Source of the DNA: Psilocybe cubensis
Taxonomy: Eukaryota
Length of the DNA stretch: 64,000 nucleotides
Reading direction: 5' to 3'
Assembly (NCBI GenBank): GCA_017499595.2
Contig: CM038998.1
Coordinates: 3,286,001 to 3,350,000 of the forward strand
The translations under genes and the position numbers were made by a program. A model generated the notes under the pieces. It did not search any database. It saw nothing but the letters and a program-made list of their open reading frames with translations, and was not told the DNA's origin. This document shows, piece after piece, positions 24,905 to 38,459 of this stretch (its first letter is position 1; each line of letters opens with the position of its first letter).

Positions 24905-25941
24905 ATGGCTAAAGGTACCAAAAGAGCTTCCCCTGGTGCTGAAGAAGAGAAAAGCGGCTTGTCCAACGCCGAACTTGGGGAGGAAGACGCCCAAAAATTA
25001 ACAGAGATTCAACGCGATCTTGCGCGCGTTGAGCTCGTCCTTGGTAAGCAACCTAAATACTGAAAAGAGTATTAGGAAATAAACCCAGTTTTTGTAGAAC
25101 GCCAGGCTCAGGCAACATTGCGCCCAGTTTATGAGAAACGCCGTGCTGTTGTCCGCACCATTCCTAATTTCTGGCCAGTGGCTCTCATGAACCACAGCCT
25201 CTTTGCGTACCATGCTCAACACAGTGCTGATCAAACTGCACTCAACTATCTTGAGGATCTCTGGGTCGAAAAGGATCCCAATGAACACAGATGCTTCACC
25301 ATTGAATTCGTAAGTAGCTTACCTTCAGAAGCCAAATCAAGGGGAAATTTTGAAACGTTATTCCAGTATTTCAAAGAAAACCCTTTGTTCTCTGACACCG
25401 TCCTCAAGAAGGAGTACAAATTTGTGAAGCCCCCTGCTGCTGAAAATGAAGTGGCTGATGAAAATGGCATTACCCCCTCCATGCTTGACTTCTCATGGGA
25501 GCGTGATGTCGAGGTTTCGGTATGTGTTCGCTATGATGTCAGTCGAGTCGTTGAATTGACTTTCCTTCATTCATTGCTGTAGACCACAAAAATCAACTGG
25601 AAGGACGCTGACAAGGCCTTGACAAAGGTATACCCTCGTAAGGTTGGTGAAGATGAAGATGATATCGCCGACCCTGGAAGCTTCTTTAACTTCTTCGAGC
25701 ACCGTGCCGATCCATCTGAGGCAAGTCACTTCGAAAAACAACAATTGGGAAAAATTGGCTGAAATTAGTTTAGATTGGTGTTGTCATTGCGAATGAAATA
25801 TTCCCAGAGGCCATTGAATACTTCCTGGGCAACGTTGACGGTGAAATCACCGACTCTGAAGACGAGGATGACGATGATGATGATGACGACGCTGAGGAAA
25901 TCGATCTCGAGAAACCTCGCTCCAAAAAACGCAAAGTGTAA
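24905..25941 (+). CDS. NAP-family histone chaperone (Vps75/SET-like)
   Basis: PVYEKRRAVVRTIPNFW, FKENPLFSDTVLKKEY, SFFNFF, acidic tail with a basic NLS-like end; one GC-AG intron at 25721. Confidence 0.85.
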
Positions 25942-26132
25942 ACGGATTTGGTATGCTGAGTTGCAGTCTGATGTATTTTTTAATTCTTGAATGGATACCT
26001 ATGCTAGTCCGCCACGCGGCAGCTAAATATGACGAGTTATTTCGGAAACCAACGAATCTAATTTTAGAACATGGTATTTCTTTGACTGCACACTTTCCCA
26101 CACTTGGTTTGCTCCATCCCTCTCTCACAACC

Positions 26133-27891
26133 ATGAGGTTCTCCCAGTCCACCGTTTTTGCTATTTTACCTGCTTTGGTTGTGGCACGCAATCAAGGACA
26201 ACAGTTTGCCCGTCAACACGATCTTAACGCCCGACAAAATCCTGCCACTGGCTCGACCACAACAGCCTCTGTGCCTGTCGGAACAAGTGCATCGAGCGTG
26301 TCCGGAACGGCTGCAGCAACGCCAACACTGGCGACCACGTTTACTTTCAAGCTAGACGCGACTAACCCTACTGCAGTTCCTCTCTCCGTGATCAATGCGG
26401 CTCAGCCAAGTTCTGTCACCAAGCCTTTAGACTCTACTGCAGTACCAGGAACAATTCCTACATTCATACCAAACGCACCTCCTCTCCCAAATGGTGAGTT
26501 TTGCAGGCATTCGCTGATCATTGCAAGTCAAAGATTTTGACTCTACTAACATCTGTGTTTTCTTTGTTAGCGGCGCTTTTAAATCCTGCTAATTATCCAG
26601 TTTTGGACAAAGTACCCCCAGTTGATTCCCCTGAAGTCAAGGGATGGATAGACGAGGTGACCGCGACTGGCATTGTTATACCTTCGTTTGATCCTACGCA
26701 ACCTGGTGTGTATCATGTTCAACTTCTATTTTTGAGGCGATTCATTAAAACTTTTTCATCTGTCAGGCGGCTGCCCAAACAACACGGCAGCTGTTGCCGA
26801 TACTTCTAGGTGCTGGTGGACTTGCGGCGGATGTACCCGTAGCACTGATGTCACTCAGTGCCCGGCACCACTTAACTGGGGGTTGACATATGATGATGGC
26901 CCTGCGCCTTATACATCCAACCTTTTATCCTATCTTGACCAAACAAACCTTAAATCGACTTTCTTCGTCGTTGGTTCACGCGTCATTTCTTTCCCTGCTA
27001 CGCTTCAAACACAGTTCCTCGGTCAACACCACATCGCGGTCCACACGTGGAGTCATCCATCTTTGACTACCCTTACCAACGAACAGATTATTGCTGAACT
27101 TGGCTGGTCCAAAAAGGTTATTAAGGATGTTCTAGGAATAACTCCTAATTTGATGCGTCCTCCTTTCGGAGATATCGAGTATGCTGCTTTTGGCGATTTC
27201 TGCCTTTTTGGATCTAATCGTTCTTTTGCAGTGACCGTGTTCGAGCCATTTCCATGGCCATGGGTCTTACCCCCGTTATGTGGACTCGTATCAGTCCATT
27301 GGCTACGTTTGACACCGATGGTAAGCCTTCATTTTTTATATTTTCAGCACTATTTGACCACTTCTTTTCTCTGCCGACAGACTTCAACATTCACGGTGGT
27401 ATTACTTCTGTCCAGCAGGTCTTGCAAAATTGGGAAAACATCCTTGGAAACGCTACGACTATGAGCAACGGGTTTATTGTTCTTGAACATGACCTCTTCG
27501 AACAATCAGTCGAAGTTGCTACTGGTTACATTCTTCCTGATGCACTTGCCCACAATCCTCCTTTCACTATTAAACCCGTCATCGAATGCCTCAATAAAAA
27601 TATGGCTGATGCTTATATTGAAACGAATGACAACAGTACCAACCCGCCTGCGTTGTCTGCGGCTGTGTCTGGTAAGCATTAAAGTATCATCTCTACTTAT
27701 ATCGTCATTAATGAAAAAACTATCAATCTCTTGCAGCTGGTGTTGTAACTGTTACATCGGCGCCAGCGTCTGCGTCGAATACATCTAAATCATCTGCGGT
27801 TTCTGGACAGTTTAATGGCGCTGGATTGGCCTACATGGCTACAGTCATTGCAGGACTTGCTGTTGGTGCCCTGCTCTCTTTGCCATTCTGA
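26133..27891 (+). CDS. Chitin deacetylase (CE4), secreted, likely GPI-anchored; copy 1
   Basis: Signal peptide, CWWTCGGC, TYDDGP, HTWSH, MRPPFGD, LEHD, hydrophobic tail. Confidence 0.92.
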
Positions 27892-28335
27892 AAAAATCTG
27901 TCTTGATCATCATATTACCACGGACATATATCCTCTAACCCTATCTTCCGGTGCTTATATCGCCTGCTTATTTTACAAGGGACGGTGGGACCTCATGGAC
28001 ATTCTGCTATTACTACGAGTCTACGACTGTTGTCTGTGTATTTTGTTATACCCCTTGTTTGTTTATTACCCTGGCAGCAGAGCCTTCTACCCGCCAACCT
28101 GACACACTCTTTCAATAAACGATCCCTAATGTCGCCGCTTTACGGAATGAAGTTCTAGCCTGGAGCAAGCGGCGGTGTATGTGTTATCGAAATCGACGTT
28201 GCGTGCTTCCACTTCCATGTTAGAAGCTGGATAAAAATGTACCATTTTGTTTATGTTTAGCAAACGCACACCTATTTTTGTACGTTTTCTTGCCGAAGAT
28301 AGATCACCTCTCAACTCCATTGATATCCAACGACA

Positions 28336-30123
28336 ATGAAATATTTAATACAAGCCTCTCTTCTCACCGCTCTTCCCGCTCTTGTCGCCGCCCAACAAGA
28401 TTTACATATCCGTGTTGAGAATGAAGATTTTCGTCCTCGCCAAATTTTCAGCTCTGTTACAACGCCTTCTTCAACCAAAGGTTTGACTGGAGTAATCTCC
28501 ACGCCTGCTGCCTTGACTTCAGCTGTCGGTGACGGCAACGCTGTTTCTAGCTTGTCAAGATCTTCATCTCATACAACTCTAACGGCAGAGCCTTTGGCGA
28601 CGACCCCAGTTCCCACCTTCCATTTACAATCCACCAACCCAACAGCAGTTCCACTGGCCAGCATCAATGCCGCCCAACCCAGTTTGGCTACAAAGCCGCT
28701 GGACTCTACGGTAGTTGCAGGAACTGTGCCGACCTTCTTGCCAGGCGCCCCCGCGATACCAAATGGTGAGATCTCATAGATATAATTCAATGGCGCATAT
28801 ATTGTGAATATTATTTAAATCGCTCTTGCCTTGTTAGTGGCCCTTTTAAAACCCTCAAATTATCCCGCCTTGGATAAAATACCTCCAATTGACTCGCCAG
28901 AGGTTCAGCGATGGATCCAAGAGGTTAAAGATACCGGAATCGCCGTCCCGGAATTCACCCCTACTAATCCAGGCTAGTTGGTCATATCATATTTCAGCGC
29001 ATGATTAAAATTAATGAGGTAGTTTAGGAGGATGCCTTAATAATTCGGCCTCTGTTGGCGAAGATTCACGGTGTTGGTGGACGTGCGGTGGTTGTACACG
29101 TCCTACTGATATCTCTGATTGTCCAACCGCTTTGGACTGGGGGCTTACTTATGACGATGGGCCTTCGTTTTATACTTCGAATCTCCTGGCATATTTGGAT
29201 CAGGAAAACCTCAAGTCGACGTTCTTTGTTGTCGGGTCTCGTGTTATCTCGTTTCCTGCGATTCTCCAGACAGAATATATGAGCCAACATCAGATTGGAG
29301 TGCATACTTGGAGCCACCCGCCTCTGACCACTTTGACGAACGAGCAGATTATCGCTGAGTTGGGCTGGACGAAGAAGGTTATCAAAGACGTTCTTGGAGT
29401 TACGCCGAACATGATGCGTCCACCTTTTGGCGATATTGAGTATGTCTGTACGAAATACATCTATTCCACTCTGATGATGATCTTGTAGTGATCGCGTTCG
29501 CGCGATTTCTCTTGCGATGGGACTTATCCCAGTGATGTGGACACGAATCAGTCCGCTGGCCACCTTTGATACCGACGGTAAATTTAATTCTATATCTCGA
29601 TCGAATACCCCACAAGCCTTCAATAGATTTCAACGTTCATAGTGGTGCTACGTCTGTTGAACAAGTCTTGCAAAACTGGGGCAACATACTCTCAAACGTT
29701 GCGTCGAGAAGCAGCGGGTTTATTGTCCTTGAACACGATCTTTTTGAACAAACCGTTGAAGTTGCTACGGGGTACATTCTTCCCGATGCGTTGGCCCACA
29801 AACCACGTTTCACTATCCAGCCTGTCATTAGCTGCTTGAAAAAGAAGATGTCAGACGCATACATTGAAACCAACGACAATTCGACGAATCCGCCTGCATT
29901 GTCGGCGGCTGTGAACGGTAGGTATTTTTTGTTCCCTTTTCGTTACTTGATTTATGACCGCAATGCAGCTGGATTGACTAAAGAGACAAAGGCACCAACC
30001 CCCAAAAAATCTTCGTCAGATTTGCTCTTGCTAGACCAGCGGGCCATCCTGATGTCATTGGGGACTCTTGCGATGGGATTTGGCGTCGGTGGTCTGGCTT
30101 TCCTTCGTTTTTCTCTTGTCTAA
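28336..30123 (+). CDS. Chitin deacetylase (CE4); copy 2
   Basis: Signal peptide, TYDDGP, HTWSH, MRPPFGD, LEHD, hydrophobic tail. Confidence 0.9.
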
Positions 30124-30332
30124 GTTAGCATGTATTCGTAATCACTCCATGAGCGCTTATTTATTGGCGTGTGTCGCTGTTCAACAACCTGTCGCTCACT
30201 GAACGAGAATGGATTCTGCCGAGGACGTGTTGATGAAGAACTATTTTTAGAAGGCTGTTAGTGTGCTGTTATAAAAAGCCAGGACAAGTTCCCGCACTTT
30301 TTTTGCCCTTGTTCCATAACTTTTCTCCCACC

Positions 30333-32149
30333 ATGAGGCTGTCTACTAACACGCTCCTTGCTGTCCTTCCTGTCTTTGTCGCTGCCCACGCTGATCACCA
30401 CCTTCACGCCCGTGCCCAACAACATGCTCGTCAAGTCCCCGCAGCTGCACCTCCCCCTCCCGTCGCGTCCGCTGCAGGCTCTTCTTCTCAGGCAAATGTT
30501 GTAGGGACCACTAGCAGCCAAGTTGCTGCCTCTCAATCCAGCTCACCTGCTGTTGCTGGGACATCCACCTTACCTGCAGGGTCTTCGGCAGCTAGCGTTG
30601 CTGGAACCACTTCTTCAGTGTCGTCTGCAGCCGTTCCCTCTCTGACAGTTCAGTTGCAAGCCACCAACCCAACTGCTGTCCCGTTAGCATCCATCATCCC
30701 CGGCCAAGTTAGCGCAGCAACGCATCCTTTGCCCTCTACGGCTGTTGCAGGGTCTGTGCCGACTTTCTTGTCGAATGCTCCCCCTTTGCCAACCAGTAAG
30801 TGCCCTTGCTGTTGCTTCTTCTCGGGCGATTTTTACCATGTACCCTAGTAACCGGCCTTCTGGCTGCGAATTACCCCCCTCCTGATCGGCCAGCACCAAC
30901 AGATTCTCCAGAGGTCCAGCAATGGATCAAGGAAGTCCAGGATACTGGTGTCGTAATCCCGCAATTTTCACCTACCAATGGAAGTAAGTTCGTTTCGCGT
31001 GCTATTTTTAGAACAAAGCCTGACACCATTTTGCAATTTCTTAGTCGGAGGTTGCGCCAACAACACGGCCGCAGCCAGCGATGCATCACGATGCTGGTGG
31101 ACCTGTGGAGGATGCACGCGATCAACTGATATCACCGAGTGCCCAACCGCTATGGACTGGGGTTTGACTTATGACGATGGTCCTGCGTTTTACACCCCTA
31201 ACTTGCTCGAATATCTCGACCAAGAGCAACTCAAAGCCACCTTCTTTGTTGTCGGTTCCCGTGTTTTCTACAATTGGAACATGCTCCAAAGTCAGTACAT
31301 GGGTCAGCATCAAATCGCTGTTCATACCTGGAGCCATTTCCCCTTGACATCTTTGACAAACGAACAAATTATTGCCGAACTTGGGTGGTCGAGGAAGATC
31401 ATCAAGGATGTTCTTGGCGTCACTCCCAACATGATGCGTCCGCCTTACGGAGATATTGAGTGAGTCGGGGTGCTTTTGTGGGCGTCTAATGTCTGACCGC
31501 CTCCTCAGCGACCGTGTCCGAGCGATTTCTCTCGCGATGGGCCTTACTCCCGTCATGTGGACCCGCATCAGCCCCCTTGCCACGTTTGACACTGATGGTG
31601 AATTCATGTCTTTTTTCTTCATTTTTATTTAAACTTAAGCTATGATATGTAGACTTCAACATCGCCAATGGCCAGACTTCGGTGCAACAGGTTATTCAGA
31701 ACTGGGAAAATATCATCGGAAACGCTACGACCAGAAACTCCGGTTTTATTGTTCTTGAACACGATCTTTTCGAACAGTCAGTTGAGGTTGCTACCGGATA
31801 TATCTTGCCAGACGCCCTGGGCCACAAGAATCCACCTTTCAAGATTCAACCCGTTATTCACTGCCTCAACAAAGACATGACCGACGCTTACATTGAGACT
31901 AACAACAATAAAACTAACCCCCCTGCTTTCCAGGCCGCGGTGTCGGGTCAGTGCTGACAGCTTTATGGTTCTGTAATTTTTCTAACTTCCATTCCGTCTA
32001 CTACTACAGCTGGTATTGTTACTGTGACTGGAACGGCTGCCGGAGCCAAGTCGACAGGCAAGAGTGCTGCAGTCACTTCCAAATCCACTGCTGGCAGTCT
32101 CTGGTCACTCGCCGGCCTCGCTCTCGGCGGACTCATGACATTGCCTTAA
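30333..32149 (+). CDS. Chitin deacetylase (CE4); copy 3
   Basis: Signal peptide, TYDDGP, HTWSH, MRPPYGD, LEHD, hydrophobic tail. Confidence 0.92.
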
Positions 32150-33324
32150 CTGCACAAGGATATACGTACGCGCGTCTAGCTTTTCTCGGACATCTGAAGT
32201 CGGACACGCTTCTTGGTGCTTAATGACGTTGACGGTGGCTTCTAGAATGCACTCTAGAAGAAACGACCGTCGCTCGTTCTTTGGTTCTTTATTGTAATGC
32301 TGTCGTTACGTATGGAAGTCTTGCTGTGATAGACCTACGATACCCCTCAACCCTTATTACCCCTACACCTTAACCCCGTCAGCGTCAACTTTAATGTATC
32401 TACGATCCATCCTTAGTATCACCGCATTCGTTGTCAATCTCATTCCTTTTGGCCCTGTGCCTGACACGCTCTTCTTCGTCTGGCCTCTACTGGATTTCTT
32501 TAGACGAAATACCTAATGCTTAAGTACGTTTCCAATGATCTTATGTAGAGGTAGTAATTTGAGAGATGTGACTTGAAATAAACAATTAGTTTCAATAAAC
32601 AATTTGCATGAATGCGCTTTTATCTCGTAGCAAATTACTCGACGAAGGAATTTTTGTTGTAGCAAGTATATGTAAAATCTATTGATTCTATTGATGAGGT
32701 GTTTACAATTAGACGATCTATATTCAGTGTCTGTTTGAAGACTGTTATTCTCTTTGAAGTATGTACAAGCAGACGGATACCCAGGCCCACATCCGATGTA
32801 TTAATGGAATTGGAGTGCGGAAGCAGAGACCAGAAGAGAAGGAATAGCGTCCGCGCGTAGAAGAAAATATGTAGTGTAACCAAAGACAAAAGGTACCATT
32901 AAAAGTTAAAGTTGGACCGCGAGACGGTCTTGTATGCTAGAGAGGGGGTAAACGCCCGAAAGAAAGAGGAGAAATCTACGGGTATGTGGATAATCAGGAT
33001 GTTTGCAACCAAGAGAGGAATGATACGACAAAAATATAAAGGACCAACGCCAAGAACCCAAATGAAATCATAAAGAGAAGAATAAAGTATGGTTGGAAAG
33101 AGGAAGAGACAGTGAAGAGTAGGCATACGGTGCTGGGTTCAGCGAGACGAGAGGCGACAGTAAGATCTATGATTGTCTAGGTGGATGCGATTCTGGGTCG
33201 GCGATTTCTGTGTTTGAATGTGTGTGACGAAGAGTCAGAACAGACTCGGAATAGAAAACAACAATGATGAACCAGTCAAAAAGAGCCAGTGAATGTGTGA
33301 AGCATGCCCGCTTGTGCTGGTTAT

Positions 33325-36300
33325 CTACCACTCGGTCACAATTCCATCCTCCAGTGTGGGTTCCAACCATTTGTGGTTCTTCATTTCACGTGCAGACTTG
33401 CGTTCTCGCATATCCACAGCCAGCATGGGTTCCAAGAAATCACAGAGGATAGTTGCATCAGCTTCCGAAAACAGATATTTCTCGATCATTACTCGCTTGA
33501 GGGGCCAATGTTTGAGAGTTCGGATATAGCGAAGTGCACCTGTTGATATATATTGTTTGCGTCAGCCTCATATACGCATGAGAATAGAAACAATACAGAC
33601 CTGTGTGATCGAACAATTCACGACTGTACTTACCACCCATTTTGACCTCCAAAGGAAAATCACCCAACAATTCAATGATCTGTGCCATATGGTCGTCATC
33701 CTTTGTAAAAAGTTCTCCTTGACCTTGTGGGTCGAAAAGGAATTCCGCTGTCAGTAACTCGAAGATCTAAACCAGATAAAAAATGAGAAAATTGACAATC
33801 ATAAATTTAGCAAGCCAAGGGAGACTTACCACGCAAGCAACACTCCAAATATCTGCCCTAGCATCCCAATCACGGCGACCAAGTATAGCCTCAGGGGCGC
33901 GATATTGACGTGTTTGAATATCCTCCGTGAAATGCTTTTTGGACGGAGTAGCATTTCCTAGGTCAGCGATCTTGATGGAAATTGGAGGCGGCAATGGTGC
34001 ATCAGCCGGAGTTTGTAAAGGAGGGAGTGTACGATGCTGAGAAGTGCCTTCGGGTATATCATGAGTGCCAGTTGGAGAGGGAATAAAGTTAGATATTGAT
34101 GGAGAATCGACAGGGGTCGGGGGTGGAGCGATAGGGGGAGGCGAAGCCGGAGTAGGAGTTACAGATGTCGAAGTGGATGGTACAGATAAAGGTACAACAG
34201 AACTGATGGGTGGATGTTCACTGAGACGTGACGAACGCGATTTGGTGTTAGTACGAATGCCAGAAGAAGTACGTGAATGTTGATGAGATGGGTCGGAACA
34301 ATTACACTGTGAGTTAGGCTTATGAAGGTGCATGTGAGCAGAGAGTTGTGAAATTTGCTGAGGAGGTGAAACCCGTGTAGTAGAGCGTTTCGAGGGCGAA
34401 GTCGTAGGGGATTGTCGATAAGGGGCAGATTGAGTGAGAAGAGATAAAGGATGATGACTGGAAAGGTCATTACGGATCGTAAAATCTTTAGGAGGTGTCC
34501 CGCTCAAAAGCAGGTTTGATGTGTCGCTAATCAATTTGGTAACACTGCTAGCTAGGGACACTGACTTCTTAGTGATGGGAAGAGGAGTGCCAATCGGAGA
34601 GGGTCGAACGGTGGTAGCTGTGGTTGAGGACTTTCCTGAAGTGGTGTCAGCAGACTCAACGGTAGATTGCTTGGAAAAGTCATCCTGGCGCCCGTCGGCA
34701 GCAACGACTGCGGAAACAAGGATAGCAGGGGCTGGGGCTGCTGTACCTAGGTCTTTCCAAAATGAAGCGCTGGATATACCAGAATGAGAGCGTGTGTGGG
34801 TATGTCCAACACTGCGCTGTTTGTTTATCTGGCTGAAACTTGAAGTTGACTTGGATGATTGTACAGAGGATGAGGCTTGGTCCTTCCATGAGTCCGTAGG
34901 CTTCCAGGATGAAGAGATGGCAGAACTGATTTGAGTTTCCAAATTCGTTTTCTCCGTCAGCTTCTTTGAATCAATGACGAAACCTTCTTTCTCGTCCCCG
35001 GAACCCTTTTTGTCATGAGACGAAACCCTAGGCCTGGTTCTTAATTCCGTCTCAAAGGTACCTGTACCCACAAACTCCATGACGGCGTTTCCCAGGGAGT
35101 GGGAGAGGGAGGTTGGAGGAGTACTGACAAGGCTACTTGAGCCTGCCGTAGTGGAGCCCAAAGCAGATGAAATCGAGGACGAAGAAGATGAAGTCGAAGG
35201 GGAATTGATAACCCGAGATGGCACTGCCGTGATCCCTTTGGCAGCGTATATTTGAGCAGTTTTCTCTTTGAGAGAGGCTTCATTTCTGGGTGCCGACGCC
35301 GACAGGCCGCTTGGAATCTTCGGGGCACTGGAGCTGAAGTTTATCGCAGGACTACTGGAATGGCCTGGATGACCAGACCCATTTCTTGACATGTGAATCT
35401 GAGCAATGTAGCTCCCATTAAGACTAACACTTCCGCTAGTGTTATCCAGGCGCGCATTCATGCTAAGGCTTGCATGCCCATTTGCGCTTCCACTTCGCCC
35501 TGGACTTGCCAAAGGCTGTGAATCGAAAATTTGGACTTGCCTTCGAGTGCGTTGCTGACTATATGGTATTGAGACGCCGGCTCTACTTTTCACAGGAAGA
35601 GGAATCCCGACGCGACGTGATGTTGGAGAAGGCGATTGCGAAAGTTCGTTGTGGATGTGGGCCTCAATGTCTGGAATAGAAATTACTATATGGGGATGAG
35701 TACTCTTCCACATGCAAGTTATGTTGAACAGAGATAAGGATAAGAACAAAAATAACATCAGTCAAAGGAGTCATACGTAGCCGATGTATGCTGAACAACT
35801 AGTGACGAGTGCTATGCTGGTGTCTTGGCGAGGAGTCACAGGGTTGAAAGAAAGAGTGTAGGGGCAAAGAGAAAGAGAATTGTCGGGTGAAAAATAAAGA
35901 AAAACTTACATATATTCTCTGGCTTAATGTCCGTATGGACGAGGTCGCATTCATCGTGAAGATATTCCAGCCCAAGAAGAATTTGCCTTGCAATAACCTT
36001 CACAAGGGCGCGGGGAACACCTTTCTTCTTATTCCTCTCTATCAGTGCGAGCAAGTTTTCGCCCAGCGGTTCAAACACAATGCAGACATGAGAAGCCTCA
36101 GGACCTTGGTGTGAGAAAGAGTCGAGAAAAGAGACGATATGTTGCCTTCCAGGATGAGATGGAGAAAAAGCCGAAACACGAGACAACAGTTTAATCTCGT
36201 CTCGGGCTGTCTCGGCGTACCGACCAGCAGATTTAACGACCTTGAGAGCAGAGTGCCGGGCAGTTCTATAAGTTTATAGTTCGGTAAGCAAATTTTCTCG

Positions 36301-36634
36301 ACCAATTTGTCATCAGGGGGCTCACTGCGAGTCTTTGACAAGCCAGACGGTCGAGAAATGGCCCCACCTGATAAAACATTTGCGAAGACGATGCGTGATG
36401 AGCAACAATACACAAAAAAAATGAAAGAGACTATGCAACACACCCAAGCTTGCGAACTACACGATAGCGATTATTGTTAAAGTAATCGCCGACTTTGACT
36501 GGAAGATAACCGCCGGCGTTATATTCTGCTGGGCTCTCCTCGTCCTTGCAAGACGGTTCGTCGACTGGCAGGATTTTTGGACCACTAGAGGTGACAACAT
36601 ATTGATATTTTGCACATGGTTGTTTCGGGGCCAT
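33325..36634 (-). CDS. SR protein kinase (SRPK/Sky1/Dsk1 family) with a long Ser/Pro-rich spacer
   Basis: GGYLPV..RKLG/WGHFSTVWL, HTDIKPENI, KIADLGNA, DIQTRQYRAPE, AQIIELLG. Confidence 0.9.
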
Positions 36635-38459
36635 CTATCGGATGGAGGGGGAAGGGGAACGGGGAAGAGGGAAGGAGGGCGGAGGAGGGAGGAGGAGAAG
36701 AGCGGGTTGGCACTACAGCGGCCAAGGTGGCGTATCTCGGTTCAATTGCCGGTTCGGGCACTGTCACACTTAGTCACACCCGTTCCTCCATCCGCCGCGG
36801 CCGCTACGCTCTATACTAGTCCAGCCAACTCTTAGCCACCGACTAGACGCTCGTTGTCGCTACAACTTTGTTCACTCGATTTTTCAAACCCAGGCCGTGT
36901 GGCAAGCTCATGCCCTATACTTCGGCCCGCACATTCGTTTCCGACATTCACGATGATAGCGATGCATAATTTAAGGCCATACTACTGACGGTCGTGATCT
37001 GGAGGTCTACTTTGCCGTTCAGCCATGATAATGTTGTACTCGCGAGGGAAGTATCTCCATTGAGCAACGCTCCTTTAGAAACGAAAAGAACATCTGCAGT
37101 TTTAATGAACTATAGCAAGACGTGGTAGACGTGTCTAGACCGCGAATCCATGTCGCCGACGATTTTACTGGATTCCGATCTCTAACTACCGGGTTATACT
37201 AGTTGCATTCTGTGCCATGGAGACAGTTTGGCCGAGGAGCAGTCTGGTTTGTCGAGCGATTCGAAAAGACCCTTTGCGTCTCCGTCTCTAGTTTTCCACT
37301 TCACACATTGTAATGAGGGCTTTCTGCGCCACGACCTCCTTACATACCATTCAGAATGATTTACCAATGTCATGTTCTCCGCGAATTCATTCATCAAAAA
37401 AATGTAAACTTTGTTTGCTTCATCTAATTTCATGAAAAGAGTTGTGCAAGTTGCATAGAAAACATGCCGCGATCGCATATTGATGACCATCGAGTATAAC
37501 AACGCTCACATTGCGACCATGCAGACAGTCAACGATAGCATTAATTTGAAAGAAATGGCAAAAAAAGTTTCGCGGAAGTCTACTTACTCGGCGGAAAGCA
37601 CAACGATTCACACCGCCTTCAATTATATCTTCGGACCATTTATTTTCAAGTTTAACTGATCATATCCTATCTTTAATCCATCACCACGAAGCGAGTTGTC
37701 TCTCATATTGCTCTCACTTGTATCTCTTCCAATTACACCACACTTGGAGTAACGCCTAACATAAACGAGTTAATAAGGGCCCAATATCATCGGCATGCTT
37801 TTACAATTAGAAAGTGGTCGACCCTGTGTTGATTCTGTTTAGTCTTTCGAACAACCTGTGGAGTAGGGACAAGTTTTGTCCCGACATGCTTTTCGGGTTT
37901 ATTTCAGGTGATCCTGACGGCGATGTCATATTGGTTTCTATATTGCTAATAGCGGCAATGAAGGACGCGGAGGCGCAATGAATTGAATGAAGGGAGGTAT
38001 TTACGCCAAGCTATATGTTGCACAATCGGCCCGCAACAAGGGACGCAATCTCAAATACCCCACTCTGTATCCTGATTCCTACAGCCATCTCCCCTAATTC
38101 CCATTGACCAACATTTACCAAGGTCTCAAAGAGTCAAACGAAATCTTGGGCCACAATCAAATAAACTGTTTGACCCACAATAGTCTTTTCGAGTCTCCTG
38201 TACGGCGTCCTTCGGAGGCTGGACCTCTCTCGTTGCATTTCAATTGGAGCCCACACCTCGAGGCTTGAAGATTCGCGTTATCAAGCTCTTTCGAGTTCCG
38301 CTACATACTTTGTTTCTGGGTGGAACGTGACGGTGATTTCATCACAAGGATCCCCATTGATATACTTCAGACTTGGGCACATCATTAACATCAAATACTC
38401 CGGACATACGCCAGCCTACACCAGCCTGTATCAGGACCTATATCATATTCGTAGCAACC

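Noticed and set aside
36640-38450. 1.8-kb gap between the divergent kinases
   Set aside because: No ORF, repeat or RNA structure that I can support.
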